A DNA stretch of 64,000 nucleotides from an uncultured Methanosarcinaceae archaeon (lineage in GTDB: Archaea; Halobacteriota; Methanosarcinia; Methanosarcinales; Methanosarcinaceae). Under the pieces are notes generated by a model. The model saw only the letters and a program-made list of their open reading frames with translations. It made no database searches and had not been told where the DNA came from. The translations under genes were made by a program, and so were the position numbers. The stretch lies in contig CAVRJG010000052.1 of the NCBI GenBank assembly GCA_963721455.1, positions 96,001 through 160,000 on the forward strand, written 5' to 3'. The stretch's first letter is position 1. Every line of letters begins with the position of its first letter. Positions 45,244 to 54,470 of the stretch are shown one piece after another.

Positions 45244-45771
45244 ATGGACAGAGACAGCAAAAAAAGAAGACATTTTTTCGGTGAAGTATTCGGAATTGAC
45301 CCCCTTCAGGATATGGACGAAATGTTTGGCCGCCTCAGCAGGGCAATGGGTATGAGCGTGGAAAATTTCGGACAGCATCCTTTTGTCTACGGATTTTCCG
45401 TAACTCAGCGGACAGGAGAAGATCCAGAAATCCGCGAATTCGGAAATATCCCTATGTTTGAGCAGAGGGAAACCGGAGAAAAGCGTTATCTTGACATAAG
45501 AACCCCCCTGATTGATATCCTGGAAACCGAAGAGACCGTGCATGTGATTGCCGAGATGCCTGGCATCGAGAAAGAAAACATCGTACTGAACGCAACTGAT
45601 TTAATACTTGACATCGAAACAATAGATGGGAATCCAAAATATTCCGAACGTGTGGAACTGCCCGTAAAGGTGGACCCCCAGAGTGCGAAAGCCACATACA
45701 AAAACGGTGTGCTGGAAGTTACCTTTAAGCGGCTGGAATCCAGTTCCCGAACCTCAATCAATGTTGAGTGA
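45244..45771 (+). CDS. hsp20: Small heat-shock protein Hsp20 (archaeal)
   Basis: PFVYGFS..P.IREFGN, AEMPG, A.YKNGVLEV, C-terminal IxV. Confidence 0.92.
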   Translation: MDRDSKKRRHFFGEVFGIDPLQDMDEMFGRLSRAMGMSVENFGQHPFVYGFSVTQRTGEDPEIREFGNIPMFEQRETGEKRYLDIRTPLIDILETEETVHVIAEMPGIEKENIVLNATDLILDIETIDGNPKYSERVELPVKVDPQSAKATYKNGVLEVTFKRLESSSRTSINVE

Positions 45772-45849
45772 TTCTCGGGATCACAGGAAATCAGAGATTT
45801 TCTGGAAGTTGTGATAATCGCAACAACGCTAGGAAAAGAAGAGGTAATA

Positions 45850-46347
45850 ATGGTGGGCATAAGAAAAAAAAAGGATTTCTTTGACGATTTTGGATCTGAA
45901 CTTTTTGACAACCTGGAAGAAATGATTGAAGCCCTCCTGGAAGAAATGGGAGAGTCCGTTCCATTCGTTTACGGATTTTCTATCATTCGTCGCCCGGGGG
46001 AAGATCTGGAACTCCGGGAGTTTGGAAACGTTCCGGAAGATTCTCACGATGAAGAGGATCTCTTCTCCTCCGAAATACAAGACCCTTTAATTGATATCTT
46101 TGAAGACGACGAATTGGTACACGTACTTGCAGAGTTCCCGGAGATTGGAAAGGAAAATCTCCTGCTGCATGCGACTGCTCAAAATCTTGAAGTCAGGATA
46201 CTCGGGTCTTCCGAATATTCGGAAGATGTGGAGCTCCCGGTCCGTGTGGACCCGAAGAGTGCAAAAGCCAGCTATAAAAACGGAGTGCTTGAAGTTACCT
46301 TCAGACGTTGTGCTGAAGAAAAACCCGTTGAAATCGAAATTAATTGA
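45850..46347 (+). CDS. hsp20: Small heat-shock protein Hsp20 (second paralog)
   Basis: PFVYGFS..REFGN, ASYKNGVLEV, IEI; GAGGT RBS before ATG 45850. Confidence 0.9.
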   Translation: MVGIRKKKDFFDDFGSELFDNLEEMIEALLEEMGESVPFVYGFSIIRRPGEDLELREFGNVPEDSHDEEDLFSSEIQDPLIDIFEDDELVHVLAEFPEIGKENLLLHATAQNLEVRILGSSEYSEDVELPVRVDPKSAKASYKNGVLEVTFRRCAEEKPVEIEIN

Positions 46348-46816
46348 TGTCAACTAGCTTGAAGAATTAATTGAAACATTTATCTGAAGGCTTCGGATCA
46401 GAAAAATTGAGTCTGGAGGTCTGGATAAATACACATAGAATAGTATAAATTAAAAACAGATAGTATGCAGAATCTTTTACAGAGCAAAGCTTTTTTCTCG
46501 GTTAATCTAAAAAAATTTAACCTTTTTTGCGTGTACTATTTGTCTATCCTATTTGTACATCTTTGAATGCTCTTCTGACAATTCTTTGATTGATTTCTCT
46601 TATTACAAGGTTATTTTTCCTCTGATAAGGCATTTAAATCAATTTGGTGGATGGGGTTTTCTGGAAAACTATCTTTAATATACTCTTTTTCTTTTGGGGA
46701 ATATATTTTGGCAAAGATTCTTTTTTTTAGACAGAATTATTTGCAGCTTACCGAATTTTCTGTAAAACATGATTGACTCTCTATCCCTTTCCTTTTTCTC
46801 GGTCTGAGTAATCATA

Positions 46817-46930
46817 GAGCTGCTGAACAATAGCTGATTTAAATATGATTTCAGGTACGCGGAGGACGATATAGATTCCTTTTTCGACATTGAGCTACTG
46901 AACAATAGCTGATTTAAACATGATTTCAGG
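46817..46930. repeat. 39-bp direct repeat pair separated by 36 bp
   Basis: GAGCTRCTGAACAATAGCTGATTTAAAYATGATTTCAGG at 46817-46855 and 46892-46930. Confidence 0.85.
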
Positions 46931-47330
46931 AGGGGTTTTTACAGTTTTTCTCCTATTTGCGAGTAGAGATTACAGTCTTCTTCATCTCGAAAGAGAAGTT
47001 TACTAACTCACTAATTTTGTATATAATTTGTTCTCTGAATACAATTTTTGATAACATCACGACCCTAAACGAAAATAGTATGTTTTTCTGGAAGAATCGA
47101 GAGTATAACTCAAAAAATATGTATTTTATGAGGTAAAATTATTAAATAAGATGATATAAAAACGATTTGATTCACTAAAAAGAAAAGTAAAAAGATGTTC
47201 AACTTCTTATTATAAGTCCCTAAGTTATGAACTTTTACGCCTCTCTCTACACTTTTGATAGAAACAAAAACACAAAATATATACGTATGCCCGTTTAACA
47301 GGAAATCTATAGTCTCGAAATAAAAGAAGT

Positions 47331-47447
47331 ATGTGTTGTCCAGGACGATCGCTCAGGATATATTCCTGGCTGGAGGAGGGTTTGACTCCGCAACCTCTGA
47401 GACCAGTGTCAGTCCTGGTAGAAACTCCAGGATAACCATGCATGGAC
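47331..47447 (+). ncRNA. Candidate structured RNA and/or 34-aa small ORF
   Basis: GC-rich island with several complementary segments inside AT-rich DNA; ORF 47331..47435. Confidence 0.35.
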
Positions 47448-47914
47448 TTGAAAGATAAAGCAGTTTTTCACGATAGAGAAAAAGCAGTTTTTCACGATAG
47501 AGAAATTTAATTTTATGTGAATGAGATGCATAAAAATGAAGAACGTAGATTTGAGGTTTTCTTATTGAGAATCAAATAAGAAAACAAATTGAACGTCTTT
47601 CTCAGACGCATGGAGATTGAATTGACCTATTGAAGAAAAACATTAAAGCAAGTCTTAATAATACCAAAATTCGAGACTTTGAAGCGTTTAATGGAAATAA
47701 ATTCTTTAAACATTTTGTAATCTACAGTGCTCGCAATTAACAATTGTACTTATTACTAAACACATATTTGTTACATATTTCATGTATTTATTCAGTTATT
47801 TCAGCCCTTAAAAACGGAGCTATATGCTGTTAAAAGGGGTTTAAATGTATATAATTTGTTAAATGTAACTTTAGTGTGAACACTATAGACTAAAATTAAA
47901 GGAGGAGATAAGTA

Positions 47915-49028
47915 ATGGCTCTTGAACCAGGAGTTTTAATTGGATTTCTTGTAATATTCCTGGCCGTATTACTCGGTCCTTTTAAAATACACGTTATTGA
48001 GGAAAATCTAGAAGTATTCCTGTTTATCTGCGGAGTGGCGGCAATGACAATTGCAGGTATGGTCGAAATTCCAGGTACAGAAACAGGCTGGAGGATGGAA
48101 ATCATCGAAGAAGCATTGACTTCGCCGCTGGCTTCTTTACATATTGGCGGTATTCCAATAGGCATATTCCAGATAGTGCTGGTTGTTGGTTTAATTATCT
48201 TTAAATGGCATGAGCCTATCCATAAAGCAATCCGGAAAATGGCTTCAGCGCTTTCTCTTAAGGTTATGGCTTTTATCCTTATTGCCGTGCTTGGTCTATT
48301 TTCCAGTGTAATGTCCGCCATTCTTGCGGCAATAATTCTCGTTGAGATGGTTAATGCACTGCCTCTCACACGAAAATCCAAGATAGACCTGACAGTTATT
48401 GCATGTTTCTCAATAGGACTTGGCGCTGCGCTTACTCCTCTCGGCGAACCTCTTTCGACAATCGCTATCTCAAAACTCTCCGGTGAGCCTTACAATGCCG
48501 ATTTCATGTTCTTATTTAACATGCTGGGTAAATACATCCTTCCAGGAATCCTTGTGTACGGTCTCGTTGGAATGTTCTTTTTGGGAAAAATTGATCCAAA
48601 AGACGCGGGAATGAAAGCAGCAGACTATAACGAGACTGTTAAGGACGTCGTAATGAGGGCTGTTAAGGTCTACGTGTTTATCATGGCTCTGATATTTCTC
48701 GGAGATGGTTTCAAGCCTATCATATTCGAGTACTTCACCCAAATCCCTTCCACGGTACTCTTACTGGGTAAACATGGTCTCGGCCATCCTGGATAATGCT
48801 ACTCTGGCAGCTGCTGAGATCGGACCTACTATGAGTGAATTACAGATAAAGAGTATACTTATGGGGCTTTTAATCGCAGGCGGAATGCTGATCCCAGGAA
48901 ATATCCCGAACATCATCTCTGCAGGCAAACTGGGTATAACCAGCAAAGAATGGGCAAGGCTCGGAGTACCCATGGGACTTGTCTCGATGGCTATCTATTA
49001 CGTCATCATCTTTGTGCTTAAGATCTAA
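47915..49028 (+). pseudogene. DUF1646 family multi-pass membrane protein (putative ion transporter), +1 frameshift near 48761
   Basis: IEENLEVFLF, GLGAALTPLGEPLSTI, then after CTC-T-TAC-TGG the frame continues VNMVSAILDNATLAAAEI..GGMLIPGNIPNII. Confidence 0.82.
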
Positions 49029-49577
49029 GCTCAAAATATGCCCATCTAACTTAAGACAGATTCAGTTCCAAAATCCGGTGATGACGTATAAATTAAAAGT
49101 CGCTGGATTTTGAAACCGAATCACATTCTTCAAAACAGTATAAAACGGATTGTATTCTTACAGTATCTTCTTCAAATTCCATGGGAAAATTCTCCCTCTT
49201 ATTTGAAAAGGATACTTTTTGACCTTTTGATATTTCAAGTGGGTAAATCAAATTTGCCCCTTATTTTTTGTTTGTGAAATTTTGCTGAAGCTGAATCACA
49301 TTAGTTTTCTGTCCTCTTTTACCGAATTTCGAGCTTTGCAGATGTAAGAGGAGGGTATTTTCCCTGTCAGGAGGAGGGTATTTTCCCTGTTACTGAGGCT
49401 TTTGAGTTTTCATTTAAGATATCTTTTTCTATAGAATCTATAGATTATTTACTTAATATTTATTTTCTTTCACGTATATAGACTAAATCGAATAACTACT
49501 TATATTGCCCGGCGAATTCTAATCCCTAAAAAGCTAGAAATGTGAACAAGCAGGACAGAGGAATAGATATCATAAGA

Positions 49578-50312
49578 ATGGTACATCTTTCAGACATTCA
49601 TTTCTCAGAGGCATACTATATGCCTGAGATTGCAGATTCAATGCTTGAAAACATAAACCGTAGCGCTCCGGATATTGTAATTCTCACCGGCGACCTGACA
49701 GAAAACGGGCTTGCAGCCGAATATAATGGGGCAAAAAACTTCATTGACAGGATCGAATGTAAAAACAAGGTGATAGTTCCGGGAAACCATGACTCGAGGA
49801 ATGCCGGTTACCTCTTCTTCGAGGACATTTTCAAGGCCAGGTCGACCTTCGGGCACTTCGGCGAAGTCACTGTGGTAGGGCTTGATTCTTCCCAGCCGGA
49901 TCTTGAAGAAGGGCACATAGGAAGGGAAAATTATGGCTGGATAGAGAGGACTTTCTCAGGAAGCGGTTTCAAGGTTTTTGCCCTTCACCACCACCTTATT
50001 CCAATTCCCAGGACTGGCAGAGGAAATAATGTACTTGTAGATGCAGGAGACGTTCTGGAACTCCTGGACCGTTCCTGTGTGAACCTTGTCCTTTGCGGGC
50101 ACTGGCACATCCCCTGGGTCTGGAGATTAAATGACATGCTCGTCGTCAGTGCAGGAACGGTCTGCTCTTCCAAAATTCGTGGAAAAACCTCTCAGTGTTA
50201 CAACCTGATTGAACTTGATGCGCCAGAACCCGAATCCAGGCGCTGGCACGTGAAGGTTTACAGAGTTTTCTCAAATGGAGAAAAAGAACGAGTTGTTGAT
50301 AGTATAATATAA
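49578..50312 (+). CDS. Metallophosphoesterase (CpdA-like)
   Basis: HLSDIH, TGDLT, PGNHD, LHHH, CGHWH motifs. Confidence 0.9.
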   Translation: MVHLSDIHFSEAYYMPEIADSMLENINRSAPDIVILTGDLTENGLAAEYNGAKNFIDRIECKNKVIVPGNHDSRNAGYLFFEDIFKARSTFGHFGEVTVVGLDSSQPDLEEGHIGRENYGWIERTFSGSGFKVFALHHHLIPIPRTGRGNNVLVDAGDVLELLDRSCVNLVLCGHWHIPWVWRLNDMLVVSAGTVCSSKIRGKTSQCYNLIELDAPEPESRRWHVKVYRVFSNGEKERVVDSII

Positions 50313-50620
50313 TAGACCCCTGAGAACGCGAGTTGTTGATAGTATAATATAATAGACACCTGAGAACAGATAAGATCCCTAAGAACGAATCACTTACTTA
50401 GATAAGTTCTCCTTCAGAATACGGAATTCTGAAAAGCACTAACTGTTGTTCAGGCTCTTAAATCTGATTTTCATCAGGAATTCTTCAAAAAACTTTCAGT
50501 TTTTACCTTTTTCTGTTCCTCAAATTTTGTCCCCTCTATTATTTCATACCCTCAATATTTTACCCTCCTGCAAAATCCTTGTCGGCGATGTTATATTTTT
50601 TTGACAATAAATTATAGACT

Positions 50621-51443
50621 ATGAAACTCGGTTTAGGAATCGATACTGGTGGAACATACACCGATACCGTCTTAATGGACCTTTCAGATGGCAGGATTCT
50701 TGATTCTAACAAAGCGTTAACCACGCATTCGAATCTGGTTGAAGGGATAAAAAGTAATTTCAGGCCTGAAGCAGGGATACCTGAAGGACATAAAACTTGT
50801 CTCCGTGTCTACGACTCTTTCCACAAACTCCACACTGGAAGGCAAAGGACATCCCGCAGGGCTGATTCTGGCAGGCTACACGGTAAGCGGGGAAGTCCCT
50901 GCCCAGCACATGATTCCCATAGATGGGAGGCATGATTCAAAAGGAAACGAAATTAGCTGCCTTGACCTGAAATCCGTGGAAGAGTTCGTTAACAGCACCC
51001 GAGGCAGGCTCTTTTCCTATACCGTATCGTCTTTTACAACGGATTTCAAGCGTGAAGACCTTGAAAAACTGCTTGCTAGCTCCAGGTTCACAAAGTTCAA
51101 AATTAATGTCCCTCCGGTGATGATCGGAGCTCCTGTCAAAGCTTACGTGTCCGAACTCTGTAAATTCATTGATGCAGATATCCGGGTTCCCCAGTTCCAC
51201 GAAGTAGGTAATGCGGTGGGAGCCCTTATTGGCAACATTATCAAGAGAAGCGAAATCCTTATCCGGCCTGCAGGTTCCGGTACCGAACAGTACCATGTGT
51301 TCTCGGAAGTAGAGCGGAAAATTGCAGACAACTACCTGGAAGCCGTGGATTACGGGCTTGGGCTGATGGAGAAATTGATTTTTGACCATATGGGCGGGTA
51401 CGGGCTCCAGAAGGACCAGGTCCGTTATCATTCTCTATTATGA
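50621..51443 (+). pseudogene. Hydantoinase/oxoprolinase family gene with a frameshift and a large internal deletion
   Basis: GIDTGGTYTD and VSTTLSTN N-terminal motifs in different frames (shift at the A-run near 50750), joined at about 51030 directly to the C-terminal P..EVGNAVGA part; about 270 codons, far shorter than family members. Confidence 0.8.
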
Positions 51444-51716
51444 GAGAATTCGCTTTATTTAAGGAAATTATGAAAGACTTTCGAAAAGACCTCAGTTCTC
51501 TCAATATTCTTTTTATTTCCCTTCCCTTTCTCTGCAGACAACAGGAAGGCCCTGTTTTCTTCTCTTTCCTGGCTCTTTTTCCCTTTCGGTTTGTTTTTCC
51601 GGCTCTGGATAAACAAGTTTTTATTTATGTTCAGTTACTTCCTTCAATCAGGACTATTATTCTATCTAACAAGATTCTATTCTGAAAATTAAACTATTTA
51701 TTCAGGAGTAACGAAA

Positions 51717-53003
51717 ATGCGCAGGGACTATATAGACAGGGGCTACAGCCCGAAGGATACGGATCTTATCTGTGAATTTCATATCGAACCGTCAGCAGGG
51801 GTGGATTTCGAAGAAGCTGCTACCCACATGGCAGGGGAAAGCTCTATTGACTCCTGGACTGAAATTGCCACATTGAGTCCCGAACTTGCAGCGAAACTGA
51901 AGCCCTACGTTTTTTACGTGGATGAGGAAGCGCAGACTGTAAGGGTGGCTTATTCCGAAGAACTCTTTGAGCTTGGCTCGGTCCCGCAGGTTCTCAGCGC
52001 TGTCGCAGGAAATATTCTGAGCATGAAGATTGTTGACAACCTCAGGCTGCAGGATATCGCTTTCCCGAAATCGATGCTTAACGAGTTCAAAGGCCCGAAC
52101 TTCGGGTTGTCAGGAATCAGGGAACTGGTAGGTGTGCGGGACCGGCCTCTTATAGGAACTATCGTCAAGCCGAAGGTTGGATTGACCTCCGAAAAACACG
52201 CTGACGTCGCTTACAATTCCTTTGCAGGGGGCTGCGATCTCGTTAAGGATGATGAGAACCTTACAGACCAGAAATTTAACGGCTTTGAAAAGAGAGCCGA
52301 ACTAACCCTCAAGCTTGCAGAAAAGGCAGAGTCTGAGACAGGAGAACGCAAAATGTATCTCTGCAACATCACTGCCCCGACCTGTAAGGAAATGGCCCGC
52401 CGAATGAACATTCTTAAAAATCTGGGTGCCAGCTATGCAATGATCGATGTCGTGCCTGCAGGTTGGACTGCCCTTCAGACCCTGAGGGAAGAAGCCGAAG
52501 ATGCGGGCCTGGTTCTCCATGCCCACCGCTGCATGCATTCAGCCTATACACGGAACCCACGCCACGGGATAAGCATGGTTGTCGTTGCCAAGCTCTGCAG
52601 GCTGATAGGGCTTGACCAGCTCCACATAGGCACGGTTGTCGGGAAGATGCACGGAGAAAAGCACGAGGTCCTGACCCTCAGGGACGAATGTGTGCTTGAT
52701 AAAGTGCCTGCGGATGAAAGCCAGCACGTCCTTGCCCAGGATTGGGGAGGATTAAAGCCCATGTTCCCTGTCGCGTCTGGGGGGCTTGCTCCTACAATGA
52801 TTCCTGACCTGTATTCTATTTTCGGCAAAGATGTTATTATGCAGTTCGGCGGCGGAATCCATGCCCATCCTATGGGCACGGCAGCCGGAGCTGCTGCTTG
52901 CAGGCAGGCACTTGAAGCAAGCCTTGAAGGAGTTACTCTGCAGGAGTACGCGAAAAGCCACAAAGAACTCGAAGCTGCCCTCGGCAAGTGGCTGCAGAAA
53001 TAA
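51717..53003 (+). CDS. rbcL: RuBisCO large subunit, form III
   Basis: GTIVKPKVGL, carbamylation motif DLVKDDENL, HAHR, GTVVGKM, ASGG, GGGIHAHP. Confidence 0.93.
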   Translation: MRRDYIDRGYSPKDTDLICEFHIEPSAGVDFEEAATHMAGESSIDSWTEIATLSPELAAKLKPYVFYVDEEAQTVRVAYSEELFELGSVPQVLSAVAGNILSMKIVDNLRLQDIAFPKSMLNEFKGPNFGLSGIRELVGVRDRPLIGTIVKPKVGLTSEKHADVAYNSFAGGCDLVKDDENLTDQKFNGFEKRAELTLKLAEKAESETGERKMYLCNITAPTCKEMARRMNILKNLGASYAMIDVVPAGWTALQTLREEAEDAGLVLHAHRCMHSAYTRNPRHGISMVVVAKLCRLIGLDQLHIGTVVGKMHGEKHEVLTLRDECVLDKVPADESQHVLAQDWGGLKPMFPVASGGLAPTMIPDLYSIFGKDVIMQFGGGIHAHPMGTAAGAAACRQALEASLEGVTLQEYAKSHKELEAALGKWLQK

Positions 53004-53052
53004 GCCGAAAAAGAGCAATAGGGAATCACAATCGGAAAGGAGTTTATCCCTG

Positions 53053-54144
53053 GTGCAGGCAGAAAACGGAACTAGAGTAAAGACCCTGGTTTTTCGGGTT
53101 TCCGAAGAAAACTTTAACGCCGTTCTTGACAAGGCGGCAGCTATCATCAGGAGTGGCGGGACTGTGGCTTTCCCTACGGAAACTGTCTACGGGCTTGGGG
53201 CTGACGGCCTGAACCCCGATGCAGTCCTGAAGATTTTCGAGGCTAAAGAGCGCCCTCCGGGAAATCCTCTTAGCCTGCTCGTTCACTCAAGGGAAGATCT
53301 CGGGAAGGTCGCAAGAAATATCCCGGAGAAAGCTTTCAGGCTCATGGACGCTTTCTGGCCTGGCCCTCTTACGATCGTTCTGGAAAAAAACAATATTGTC
53401 CCGGCAATTACCTCAGGAAACCTGCAATCAATAGGAGTCCGCATGCCTGACCATAAAATTCCTCTGGAACTCGTGAAGAGGGCAGGTACTCCTCTTGCTG
53501 CTCCCAGTGCCAACCTGTCTGGAAAGCCCAGTCCCAGCCTTGCATCCCACGTCATAGCCGATCTTACTGGCAGGATAGATGCAATTATTGACGGAGGGGA
53601 AGCTGCCATAGGCCTTGAGTCAACTGTAATTGATATGACTGTCGAACCGCCTGCTGTGCTCAGGCCAGGAGCCGTGGGAATTGAAGAGCTCGAAAGAATT
53701 ATAGGAAAAGTCAGGCCAGGATACAAAGATGGCGAAGCCGGGACTGATGCGGCTCTGCTGGAAAAGAGGGCAGGTCAGAAGTACGGACATTACACTCCTG
53801 ATACAAAGGTTGTGCTTGTGGAAGGGGAAAGCAAATCAGTTTCGGAAAAGATTGTCAAATTACTTGAAATTTACAGAAATGAAGGGCAGAAAGTCGGGCT
53901 CCTGCTCAGTGAGGAAACTGCAGGCTTCCCTGCTTTTAAAAAACTGGGCGCAGAAGGATTCTTTTTGCTGGGACCCAGGGAAGAACCAGAGGCTGCTGCC
54001 AGGAAACTTTTTGAAGGGCTAAGGAATCTGGATAGAAGAGGGCTGGATATTATCGTGGCCGACGGTTCCTTTAGCCGTTCAGGGCTTGGGGATGCGCTCA
54101 TTAACAGATTGAGGGAAGCATCTTCCGTAAGGTTTGCTGTTTAA
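53053..54144 (+). CDS. sua5: L-threonylcarbamoyladenylate synthase Sua5
   Basis: FPTETVYGLGA, AKERP, WPGPLT, APSAN.SG, ESTVID, C-terminal SUA5 domain; GTG 53053 behind AAGGAG. Confidence 0.92.
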   Translation: MQAENGTRVKTLVFRVSEENFNAVLDKAAAIIRSGGTVAFPTETVYGLGADGLNPDAVLKIFEAKERPPGNPLSLLVHSREDLGKVARNIPEKAFRLMDAFWPGPLTIVLEKNNIVPAITSGNLQSIGVRMPDHKIPLELVKRAGTPLAAPSANLSGKPSPSLASHVIADLTGRIDAIIDGGEAAIGLESTVIDMTVEPPAVLRPGAVGIEELERIIGKVRPGYKDGEAGTDAALLEKRAGQKYGHYTPDTKVVLVEGESKSVSEKIVKLLEIYRNEGQKVGLLLSEETAGFPAFKKLGAEGFFLLGPREEPEAAARKLFEGLRNLDRRGLDIIVADGSFSRSGLGDALINRLREASSVRFAV

Positions 54145-54198
54145 GTTCAATTGTAACGGCAGAATGAGGGTTTGGTTAAATATTTGAGAGGGATTTTT

Positions 54199-54432
54199 TT
54201 GAAAGCAGAAAAAAAAGAAAATCTGGTAAAAATGCGGGCTTATAAAAAAGTCCTGGGGCAGAACAAGAAGGTAAACAAGATTAATTTTGTAATTCTGGCG
54301 GCAGGCCTGCTTTTAACAGTCCTTGGCATGGAGAAGGTAGGGAACTATCTTCTCTGGGTCGGTATGTTTGTCCTTTTTGCGACTGCCATTTCAAGCATCT
54401 TCGCCTCCGGGTCTTTGCGCAGGCAGAGATAA
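54199..54432 (+). CDS. Small membrane protein with two TM helices
   Basis: Two hydrophobic stretches with basic flanks; fills the sua5-polC gap; start 54199 or 54232. Confidence 0.55.
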   Translation: MKAEKKENLVKMRAYKKVLGQNKKVNKINFVILAAGLLLTVLGMEKVGNYLLWVGMFVLFATAISSIFASGSLRRQR

Positions 54433-54470
54433 ATCCGAATTTCCTAATATTCTGATAAAGGAGCTTCCAA

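Noticed and set aside
46675-46770. MFYRKFGKL.. mini-ORF resembling an aldo/keto reductase N-terminus
   Set aside because: Only about 8 residues of resemblance; the rest is low complexity
46817-46930. CRISPR array call
   Set aside because: Only two repeats, no canonical repeat end, no cas genes; kept only as a repeat
52831-53052. N-terminal extension of Sua5 overlapping rbcL; similar extensions for the HEAT gene (28161), mmp10 (59582) and nth (23439)
   Set aside because: Artefacts of longest-ORF calling; better starts, with RBS or family-typical N-termini, lie downstream
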